From: Chrysomallon squamiferum
Taxonomy: Eukaryota; Animalia; Mollusca
DNA: 64,000 nucleotides
NCBI GenBank assembly: GCA_012295275.1
Contig: CM022672.1
Span: 14,508,001-14,572,000, forward strand
Direction of reading: 5' to 3'
Part shown: piece after piece, positions 1-10,707 of the stretch
Layout: every line of letters starts with the position of its first letter
Numbering within the stretch: position 1 is the stretch's first letter
The notes under the pieces: generated by a model
Told to the model about the DNA's origin: nothing
Database searches by the model: none
The model's input: only the letters and a program-made list of their open reading frames with translations
Position numbers and translations under genes: made by a program

Positions 1-909
1 CAAAAGAAGAATGAAAAAAAAAAGAAGAAAATAATTTATATTAATACATTTGATATTTTCATCTGCATATTTTATTATTCAAGCAATTCGAACTATTAAA
101 ACGCTTTGACTGGAGACATATAAAGCTTTGGACACATTTTCTTTCTAACCACTAACATACTAACACAAATAATGACTGTCTTAGGAAAGCATTTATATCA
201 CAGAGTCGTATGATTATTTGGTTAACTGAATAATTAATAATGTGAATTTTTTTATTTATTTATATTTATATTTTTTAAAAGAGTTTTAAAATTTATTTAT
301 TATTATTATTTTTGTGTGTGTGTGTGTGTGTGTATTTTAGTATGTTAGAATAATTTATTAAATATACGTTATATTTAAAATTATATATATTTAGTATTTA
401 TTCATTTGTGTGTGTATATGTGTGTATGTATGTGTATATATACATACACATACATACACATACATGTTAGTTATTTATATTTATTAATTCATTCATTTCA
501 TTTTCATTCTTTATTTATTTGTACATTAGTTTTTCATTCATTAATTCATTTCTTCTTTCTTCAGTTTATTTTATATTTATTTATTAATAGCTTTTTTCAT
601 TCTTATCTTTCTTGACTATAATTATGTCTTTCTTTTTTCCTTTTTTTCTGTCTATATTTCATTTTACTTCTTTCTTCTTTTTGTTTGTTTATTTCTTTCT
701 TTTTCTCTTTCGTTAAATTCTTTCTTTACTCATTCATTAATTCAAATATTTATTTATTTATTTTATTCATTCATTCATTCATTCAAATATATATATTTAC
801 TTATTTACTCATTCTTCATTCAAATATATATTTACTTACTATCTCATTCACTCATTCATTCATTCACATACTTACTTATTTGCATAATTTATTATAATTA
901 ATCCTTAAG

Positions 910-1118
910 ATGACGTCAGCTCTAAGAGTGACAAACGAAAGAGATCCAGTGACGAAAGCAGTGACAAAGAAGACAACGTCACGAAGAAGAAGAAAGCTAG
1001 AACAACTTTCACTGGAAGACAAATCTTTGAACTAGAAAAGCAGTTTGAACAAAAAAAATATCTGTCGTCTGCCGAAAGGGCAGAAATGGCCACCCTTCTT
1101 CGAGTAACAGAAACTCAG
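910..1118 (+). CDS. NK7: NK7 homeobox gene, internal exon (homeodomain residues 1-44)
   Basis: Acceptor ccttaAG|910 (phase 1) and donor CAG|GTAAGT at 1118/1119. Translates (x)[105 protein letters not shown] is the NK7 family signature, unlike NK6 (HTRPTFSGQQIFALEK). An in-frame TAA at 906-908 bounds the exon; the exact acceptor is less certain than the donor. Confidence 0.92.
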
Positions 1119-1544
1119 GTAAGTGCTGACTGATTTCATTTTATTGATTTCATTTGGTTTAAGACTATCTCTTGTGTTTTTATACGGAACACCGGCTGGA
1201 AAAAAAATAATGCTTGTTTAAGAATGGTATTTTCAGTACTAAAGGCTATTTGGCGAGTCCCTGCTTGGATTGGGAAATGAGTTATTTTCTGTAATGACGA
1301 TTCGGTATTCATTACTAATGGTTGCTGTGCGGATTTATTGGAAATAACTTAATGAGTTACACAAGCAGAAACGTTTCTGTGGCATGAATAAAATACGTAA
1401 CTGTTGTCAGTTATAAAATTTAAATTAAAGAACCCAGAATAATAATATAAAACAAATAGATTAACACACATACAAACAAATAATCAAATGAATAATGTTA
1501 TTTTGGGAAACTACAAACCAAGAAACCTAACTGATAATGAGGAT

Positions 1545-1576
<32 letters not shown>

Positions 1577-2934
1577 ATAACAATCGTAAATAGCTGCAGC
1601 AAAAACAACAGTGATAGTAGCGTATAGATACAGTGGTAGTGTGGTAATAGTAGTGGAAACGGTGGTAGTTGTAATAGTAGAACTAGTATGTCGATAATGG
1701 CAGTAATAACAGAACTAGTATTAGTATTAATTATAGTAGCTTCAGGAATATTGTTATTATTTATTATTATTATTAGTTGTTGTAGTAGTACTAGTAATAG
1801 TAGTTGTGGTAGTAGTAGCAGCAGCAGCAGAGGTTATGATAATAGTAGTTGTAGTAGCAATACTGCTATAAACAAGAGTGAAAGTAACAGTAGTGAGTGT
1901 AGTACTTGTCATGGTAATGGTAGTAATTGTAGTAATAGTAGTAGAAGTAGTAGTAGTGGTAGTAGTAGAGGTAGTGATAGTTACAGCAGCATCATCAGTA
2001 TTAGTTCTAAAAGCAGTAGGAACACTAGTAATAGTAGCAGTAGTAGTCGTTGTTGTTGCTGCTGTTGCTGCAGTAGATATAGTCTTGAGAGTACACTATT
2101 AAAACCAGTAGTAGCGATCCACATTAAGAAAAAACAAAACACGGTCAAATAATAAGTAATAGTAATAAAACATATTTTTAAAACTAACTAACTAACTAAA
2201 TAAAAAAAAAAAAACAGAACTAAAAATAAAAATAATTTCTTCAGACTTTAACACTAGATACACACTCACAGCAATCCTTAGCCATTTATTTTAAAATATA
2301 CATTTTTTTTATTTTTTTTTCCCCCACTCGAAAACATAAATTCACGACTCGATTTGCATCTGCAGTGATAAAAATACCATAAAGCAAGAAATCGCTGTTT
2401 AATGTTATTGAATTGGCCGGTGCGCCTGGCGTTTAAGATTTGAAAATCATTGATAACCGGTTAAAGGTACACGACGAAAACACATCGTTGGAGGTTAGTA
2501 ATCAATATACCATTTGTTTCAATATTAGTTTTAAACAGCTCTGCGATGATAATCAGCCGTCGGGTGCCAAGCAAGATGTGCAGTTCCGATTACCTGCCAG
2601 TCACAGAGCGCGTGTGGCGTGTATTTTTTCTCGTACGCCGTATGAAATGTGGCGCGTATGTATTTTTCCCCCCGACCAGATATATTTTCACATCTGCAGT
2701 GATAGCGTGATATCGGTTGGCAAATGTTTATAGAAGAGTGCAGTGTTTTGGGGACCGTATCAAAACATTGCACAACCAGGAGTGAAACAGTGAGAGAAGT
2801 AGCTGGCCAGTGTTTTGTACGATAACATATGTTATCTGTAATGTGCGCTGCTTATTTACGTTTTTCCGTGTTGGTGACTGCATTAGAATTCCTGTTGGTG
2901 ATCTGGAACAAATGTAGTTTTCTGTCTCTTTCTT

Positions 2935-2936
<2 letters not shown>

Positions 2937-3013
<77 letters not shown>
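2937..3013. repeat. (AG)n microsatellite
   Basis: Perfect AG run, directly visible. Confidence 0.95.
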
Positions 3014-3016
<3 letters not shown>

Positions 3017-4036
3017 GTCTTGATTATAAGTATGCAGTATTCGGATAATATATCTTGAATACCTGTATAAAATGTAGCCTCTTTTATGTATTAGATAAAC
3101 AGCCATCGACGATATTTCATTACAACAGACACACACACATACATTCACACACACAGACACACACACACACTTACATATACATACCAACCGCCACGCACCA
3201 TATTTATTCCAAGTTCGTGCAATCCGCCAGATGCAGTTTATTTCGGTTTCACCAAATTAGGGATGGGTTATTAACAATATTAACATTAATCCCCTTCCCC
3301 CTAAAAAAAAAAAAAAAAAAAAAAAAACCACCCTCCACATTTCTCTAAAACAAAGTAAACAAGTTTATTTTCTGTTTATCATTACAAAAACCTGCCCCGT
3401 ACCCTTACCCTCACCCTAGCGACCTCTGACAACCCACAGGAACTCTATAACCTTTTATTTCTAAAGCAGCAAAAGCTGAATTTTTTAACGGTTGTCTGTC
3501 TTGTACGCATTGCCCCTAACTGGCCAATTTACGTCGCTCTTAAACGGTTTGATAAATGGCTATTTCGAGGGGTCGAGAACTGATAAAGAGGAGATGCACA
3601 GTGTGTCAAGTCTCTATTTTCCTCAAGTCGACCCAGATTTGAACACGATGTGACAGATTGATTGTGGCCACCACTTATGTGCAGTGACCCGTCCGTCCCA
3701 CTTAAGATCTGTGTGTACGTCTAGGTTGATTATCTGTTAGAAATTAATGCAGACGTGTGTGGGTTTTTTTGTTGTTGTTTTTTGGGGTGGGGTTTTTTTT
3801 TTTTAGGGATTAAAATCAGAGTATTATATGTAAAAACATCAGCTACTAAAATAAACGAAAGTAAGGTGGATTTTAAAAAAAATATTATTATTTAAGAAAT
3901 AGTGCTTGAAATGAGGTCTTATAAATATATTCAGAATTTAAAACAAAATTTTCTCAAATTAACGCACTTAACACACACCATTTCCGAAAAATATTCTGTT
4001 ACTGAAACAAAATTTTGCCCTTTTTTAATAATAGTA

Positions 4037-4106
<70 letters not shown>

Positions 4107-4284
4107 GTGAAATGAAATCCAACTATACAACATATATTTATGATTGTTCGGTGAGATATATATTTTTTCAGATATCACAGAATAACTGAATATCATCAGT
4201 TTTCATCACAATAGGTGGTTTTTGGGGGGTTGTTTCTGACATTTTTTAATATGCTAATGTAGTAAAACTGTAATAAAGAAAAAG

Positions 4285-4625
4285 GGCTATAAGATTATTT
4301 ATTTTAAAAATAAACACAGATACTTAGTTATAAGGATATTTTTCAAATAAATACAGATACTTGGCTATAAGGATATTTATTTTAAAATGAATACAGATAC
4401 TTAGTTATAAGGATATTTATTTTAATATAAAGATAGATACTTAGTTATAAGGATATTTATTTTAATATAAATACAGATAAGTTATAAGGATATTTATTTT
4501 TCAAATAAACACAGATACTTAGTTATAAGGATATTTATTTTAAAATGAATACAGATACTTAGTTATAAGGATATGTATTTCTAAAAATAAACACATACAG
4601 TTATAAGGATATTTATTTTTAAATG
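4285..4625. repeat. ~40-bp minisatellite, about 9 copies, in the NK7 intron
   Basis: Unit approximately AAATAAACACAGATACTTAGTTATAAGGATATTTATTTT; the TATAAG core recurs about every 37-41 bp. Confidence 0.9.
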
Positions 4626-4738
4626 ATGTTGATATTTTACTAATATTATTAATGGAAAAGATCTGCTTGGTGAATGATTTAGATGAGCATTAACACTTTG
4701 GTTAGTATTAACAATATTAATAATATTAACATTAATTC

Positions 4739-4799
<61 letters not shown>

Positions 4800-5728
4800 C
4801 CAAGGTTCTTTTCATTATTTTGTAAAGATCTCTCTAGAAAGACGAACAAAAAAAAACTAAAAAAAAAAACAAATTAAAAAAAATTCCGTATAACCATATA
4901 TTTTCTGAATAATACTTTGCATATAAGCAATCCCATAATAGCAGTTTCTAATTCGTTGTTGTTCATTTTTGATAACAAGGACGCAGACAGATGTTTAATA
5001 TTTCCTTTTTATATTGTAAATAACTATCCCTAATTTGGTAAAAACGGAAACAAAACTGCACCTGGCGTAAATAACAAACTTACAATAAATATTGTGCATG
5101 CCAGCTGTGTGTGTGTGCGTGTGTGTGTGTGTGTGTGTCTGAATATAGACTTATTTCTAATAAAAAAAATTATATTACTTGTTACTTATATAAAGAGAGC
5201 AAATAAAATAGAGATGAAAATATCAGTACATTTACGAAATTTCGTTTAATTTTCTCATTTTATTTAAAACAACACTGACAATAAATACATGTATTGTTTA
5301 TTTTCTATTGTTTATACGTTAATCAAGGTTGGCTATTACAGCAGTAGTTTTTATTTACTACCTCACAAAAAACAAAAAAAACAAAAAAAACAGTGTGTCT
5401 GCTGTACTTGTTCATACTCTTGTTTTTAGCTCTTCTCTTGTCAATAGTTTCATTTTTATAGAATACTTTAGACATGGCAGAATAGCGATAAACCTGCTTT
5501 CACTTTCGTTTTCGACACCTCTAAATGTTAGCATTAGTCTCTCCGTAACTTGTGTTCGGTTTTAAACGCCATTTAGTGGTGTCCAGTTCACCTTTATAAA
5601 AAATAACACCAGAGTCATTCAGTAGATTCATCTCATTGTTATTAGTAGTATTTTTATCATCATCATCATCATCATCATCACTGGTATTATATTATGCCTA
5701 TTATTATTATCATCATTATTATTATTCC

Positions 5729-5763
<35 letters not shown>

Positions 5764-5820
5764 ATAATAAATAAATAAATTAATTAATTTATTTATTTAT
5801 TTATGTTTTGTACAGTTTGG

Positions 5821-6084
5821 TGTTTTTTGTAGCTTAAAATCTTATTGCATAAATTCATCGATAAAATTTATCTAGAGTACCAAAAATGTATTATTAATTT
5901 TCTCTTTTAGATTAAAAGTATCATTTTGCATCTAAATTTTTGGGGCTTAAATTATGATTTAAATATTTCGGAACATTAAGCGATTGCATTTGTAAACCTC
6001 AAAAAAATATTTATTTATTATTTTTTTTAATGCTTTTTCTATTATTTAATATATTTATTTATTTATTTATTTATTCATTTATTC

Positions 6085-6147
<63 letters not shown>

Positions 6148-6333
6148 TTATTAGTATAAAAATCATATTATTAATAGTATTATTTGTATTATTACGATGA
6201 TATATTGAGTTATTTATTTTCAGAGTAAAATTAGATTCCAAAATGTGGGAATAAAAATTTAAATTCAATTATTTTATATATATAAAAATTATATACTACT
6301 TTTGGTTTTAAAATTATATTATTATTATTATTA

Positions 6334-6364
<31 letters not shown>

Positions 6365-6451
6365 CATCATCATCATCATCATAAAATAAAATTCCATAAT
6401 ATCGGAATATAAATTTTGGATCAGTTATTAATTACTATTTTTGGTATTAAA

Positions 6452-6492
<41 letters not shown>

Positions 6493-6590
6493 CGTATACA
6501 TTTTTTTTTTTTTTTTTTTTTTTGTATTTGTTTTTGTATTTTTTTTTTTTTTCAGGTTAAAAAATTAGTTTCAAGAATGAGAAAAATAAC
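5821..6590 (+). repeat. Degenerate tandem duplicates of the NK7 acceptor/exon-start segment, interspersed with (ATT)n
   Basis: Segments at about 5833, 5946, 6224, 6380 and 6558 each match roughly 18-21 of the first 33 nt of the 6711 exon (counted by eye). Three follow a T-rich tract ending in AG. Confidence 0.55.
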
Positions 6591-6651
6591 AATTTTAATT
6601 GAGCGATAAACTTGTATGCATAGCTTTAAGATGATGATGATGATGAATATG

Positions 6652-6705
<54 letters not shown>

Positions 6706-6710
6706 TTCAG

Positions 6711-7232
6711 GTAAAAATCTGGTTCCAGAATCGCAGAACTAAATGGAAAAAACAGGAGAACATTTCGAGTCAGGAGGCAGCGGAACACAAGCTGAACGCC
6801 GAGAAGAATTTACTGAAAAACATCAAATGCAAGAAAGCGGGAGGAGACAAGCAAGCGGATTCCGACGACGTCGTGAAGACAGAGGCGGCGGCAAAACACG
6901 ACTACAACGACAACAAAGCCCGCTCCGAGTGCGCGTACGAAAGCGACGACGCCAGAGTGAGCCACACGGCTAGCAGCGGTGACGAAGGCATCGTCAGAGA
7001 CATTGTTTCCGTGTCTGATAACGAACCTTGCGACCTGAGCGTTGGAGGAGCCGGCGTCAAGGACGCTGAAAGCAAAAGCGAACACGACGAGAAGACTGTC
7101 GCCCCTGACGACGTGCACAATGGCGATATGTCGTCGTCGTCGTCGTCCTCCTCCTCCTCCGCCGCCACTGTGGGTGCCGATGCCGTCGTCACAGCATTCA
7201 GGGCGGTTAATGTCACCCTCGCTCATTTCTGA
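6711..7232 (+). CDS. NK7: NK7 homeobox gene, terminal coding exon (helix 3 plus acidic/Ser-rich tail)
   Basis: Acceptor ttttcAG|6711, phase 0. Reads VKIWFQNRRTKWKKQENISSQEAAEHKLNAEKNLLK... and continues in the frame of ORF 6873..7232 to TGA at 7230-7232. It completes the homeodomain across the common intron position between residues 44 and 45; Q50. Confidence 0.93.
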   Translation, partial: VKIWFQNRRTKWKKQENISSQEAAEHKLNAEKNLLKNIKCKKAGGDKQADSDDVVKTEAAAKHDYNDNKARSECAYESDDARVSHTASSGDEGIVRDIVSVSDNEPCDLSVGGAGVKDAESKSEHDEKTVAPDDVHNGDMSSSSSSSSSSAATVGADAVVTAFRAVNVTLAHF

Positions 7233-7989
7233 AAAGAACTGGCGGTTAGTTTTGTGCTCACCGGTAAAAAAAAAGAAAAAGGAAAAAGAAAAAATCATCT
7301 TCGATATTTCATTATTAATATATTTTTCTTTTCGACAAAGCATTCCATATAGAATTTTTTTTTTTTTTAATTCAGACAAGCTTTATCTCTGTCTGTATAC
7401 ATTGGTGCCAAATTCACTAAATTCGTTTTATCATAGGACACATGTATCTATACTGTTACTTATAAGCACACCGGCAAAAAAACCCCCAAAAACAAACAAC
7501 AACAAAAACAAAAAAATGAACGGTTATTATCATATTTCGTCGGTGTTATTATGGTTGACGAAAAGAAAAAAAAAAAAAAAAAGGTCTGAAGATTTAGAAA
7601 TCTTTATCTTTATTTTTGTTTTCTCTCGGTCTCTTTTATTTTTGTTTTCTTAAAATTCGTCAAAGTGCTAAGAGACTGTTTATCTCCAGTTTATGATATT
7701 TTTGTAACAAATGTCTACGATGTTCCCAAGCTACGGCCATCCATGTGTCATATGAGTTGACGTGTTAATCAAAACTAAAACTGTCGTGTTTGTGTCTGCG
7801 TTTACGTATCTTTGTGAGCGAGTGTTAATATGTCTGGCATCGGTGTTTCTAGCAAATAAGAAATCTTTTTAAAAACATTTTACATATATAAATATATATA
7901 TATATATATATATGACTTCAAGGACACGTACACACGTATACACGCGCACACGCGCACACACACAGACAGACACAACAAATTTATTTTAA

Positions 7990-7995
7990 AATAAA
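7990..7995 (+). terminator. Candidate polyadenylation signal for NK7
   Basis: AATAAA ~760 nt after the stop, followed by GT-rich sequence (tgttgtgtat). Other AATAAA hexamers occur further downstream in this AT-rich DNA, so it is only a candidate. Confidence 0.3.
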
Positions 7996-8134
7996 TGAAA
8001 TGTTGTGTATGAAAGCAAATGTATCTGTGCCATGTGAGATTTATATCCATAATATATTTTTTTTTATTATTATTTTTTTATTAGCATAAATCTACTGCAG
8101 TCAAATGTGTAGAAGACTAATTAATAACGTCTTT

Positions 8135-8192
<58 letters not shown>

Positions 8193-8265
8193 AGACAAAA
8201 CATTTGGACGAAAAAACATTACCAAACTGTGACGCAGAGAAAAAATAAAATAAAATAAAACAAAA

Positions 8266-8308
<43 letters not shown>

Positions 8309-8978
8309 CTCAAAATATTACCGTGACTTGGAGTGGCTAGCTGTACTGAATAGATGTGTGAATGTTTTACGGATAACTCAGCGTATTCGTAAATTTGATT
8401 TACATTCTTCATAATAATTATTTGGCATGACAAATTCACTGACAGAACAGTGTGGCCTATACTTGGCGATTAGCAAGCAAATTTATCTTTCACGTGTACT
8501 TTTTCCATAAACAGGAAAGCACATACCACAGCCTTCATTTATTCTTCTCTTCGTCTGCTTCTCCTTTTTCTTCCCGACAAGAACGCGTATGTAATGATGT
8601 ATGGTAATCATCATTGTGTTCTGTTCTGTGTTCTTCCCTTTCTTCTTTCTGTTCTACGTTTTCTGAACAAGCAGCTGTAAAAAGATGTCTAACATGATCC
8701 ACATCTTCTGCTTTGATATTAACATTTTAACTTTCCGCTCGTCTCTGTTTTTCGCTCGCTTTTGTGGTGTTTTTTTTTTTTTTTTTTTTTTGTTTTGTTG
8801 TGAAACAACGACGTAATAATTATGCGTTAACTTTTTAATTTATAATGTATTAATGACGTCATAGATGAATTATGTCATACTTTGATCCATTGTTTCAGCA
8901 TTCGGAAACATTCGGAAAAGTTGCTCGGTGATAATTTTTTATATTATATAATGTGTTTATTGTGATTGTTAATATTAA

Positions 8979-9047
<69 letters not shown>

Positions 9048-9182
9048 TATGTATTTATATAGCGTCCCCGCTCGACCTTAGAAATGCTGCGGAACTCTAA
9101 ATATATTTTACTTTTTTCTTCTTCTTCAAAAAAAACAACAAAAAAAAACTGTATATAAATTGTTAAACTCTCAAAACAACGA

Positions 9183-9294
9183 TTTTCCCGCCTATTGCAG
9201 TGATTGCGCAAACGCCAACTTCATCCTGACGTCAGTGCCTCTATCGGACAAAAGATGTAAAAACACTACATGCGCATTAACATCGACGCCATTT
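9183..9294. promoter_or_regulatory. Promoter-like motif cluster
   Basis: TTTTCCCGCC (E2F-like) 9183-9192, TTGCGCAA (C/EBP-like) 9204-9211, TGACGTCA (CRE) 9227-9234, ATGCGCAT 9270-9277 and CGCCATTT (YY1-like) 9287-9294, all within 112 bp. Confidence 0.35.
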
Positions 9295-9630
9295 GTTTTC
9301 GGTTCGACCATTATCAGGCATTGTCAGATCATAGAATAGAAAGTTAAAAATAAGTTTTTGTTGCGTCTATAACTGCATGCAGTTGAGACTTCATTTGAAC
9401 TAAGATTTTATAGAATTTTAATCTTTTCTCGTGCAGTTTCTAACTGGGAATTGTTTGTGGTCTTCAGTACCTACCTATTATACCTTCTGACAATGAATAC
9501 CATGGTTACTGTTCTTCCTGCACAACGCCATTCTATATAAAAAATAAATTTGAAATTTGAAAAAAAGCCTGCCTCCCTACCTGATAAATTGAATTGGATG
9601 GACGCTAAATAAGTATACTTTTTAATGTGG

Positions 9631-9693
<63 letters not shown>

Positions 9694-9714
9694 TATTATT
9701 ATTTATATTATTTA

Positions 9715-9785
<71 letters not shown>

Positions 9786-10669
9786 TACTTTTCAAAATAT
9801 TCTCGGCATCTCTCACCTCGTTCGGGGTTATACGGTGTTTTGCGGTTAGAGATATAAATTGTATTTCAGCTATATAAAATTCTATTTTGCTGATGTTTTG
9901 CTCTTCTCTTCACTTTTTAATTTAATTTTATTGTTGTTGGTTTATTTTGCAACATTTTGTAGAAGCAATTCTTAGGTTAAGCGCTGAATTAGTTGATTAC
10001 TGAAAAAAAAAAGTATTTGTACTGTATAATTTGAAAGTTTTTAAATTAATACTTTTCATTAATAAAACTGAATATATATATATATATATATAAAAGTGAC
10101 GGATTATATAAATAAAGTGCCCAGCTATATTTTCTGTTTGTTTCAAATTGGCCTCTGTTTAGTAAAACAGTGACATTTCCAGAATGTTTCACAACTGGTA
10201 AACCTAACGAACGTAAACAGCTGTAAATTTAGTCTGTTAAAGTTATTTTAATAAGTAGTATTATTTATTTGTCAGTACCATCTATTTGTTGATGATTATT
10301 ATTACAGGAATCTGTGTATTGTTCGATTAATGTGTTGTTAATGATACTTTGCGTGGCATTCGATGCAACATTAAGTTGACGTGCGTAGCGAAATGGACAC
10401 AAAAAGCAAAAGAAAATAATATGGCGTATTATTATTATTATTATTGTAGAAGAAAACGAATTTCATTAGCGCATATTTTAGTGCACATACAGGGAATGCA
10501 TCTTTGAAAAGTTTATTATTGTTTCTTTAAAGATATTTATTTTCTTTATTTTCTTTTGTTTTTTTTTATTTTCTTTTATTTTCGATTATTTATTTATTTA
10601 TTAATTTAATTTAATTTTATTTTATTTCGTTTTATACTTCTGTTGAATATTCTGGTAAGGACTGTTACT

Positions 10670-10707
<38 letters not shown>

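Larger units (their letters stand above)
1119..6710 (+). other. NK7: NK7 intron within the homeobox (5.6 kb, GT-AG, phase 0)
   Basis: GTAAGT...TTTTCAG; joining the flanks gives an uninterrupted ETQ|VKIWFQNRR. Confidence 0.9.

Noticed and set aside
910-1035. ATG at 910 as the NK7 start codon
   Set aside because: It is out of frame with the homeodomain and stops at TAG near 1033-1035; the exon is internal (phase 1).
905-1093. Minus-strand 62-aa ORF
   Set aside because: Antisense shadow of the NK7 exon.
4285-4625. Regularly spaced ~40-bp repeats as a CRISPR-like array
   Set aside because: The units are contiguous with no unique spacers, the context is a eukaryotic intron, and there are no cas genes; it is a minisatellite.
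6810-7653. Overlapping ORFs 6810..7379(-), 6902..7216(-), 6743..6973(+) and 7042..7653(+)
   Set aside because: Shadow or alternative frames of the GC-rich NK7 terminal exon.
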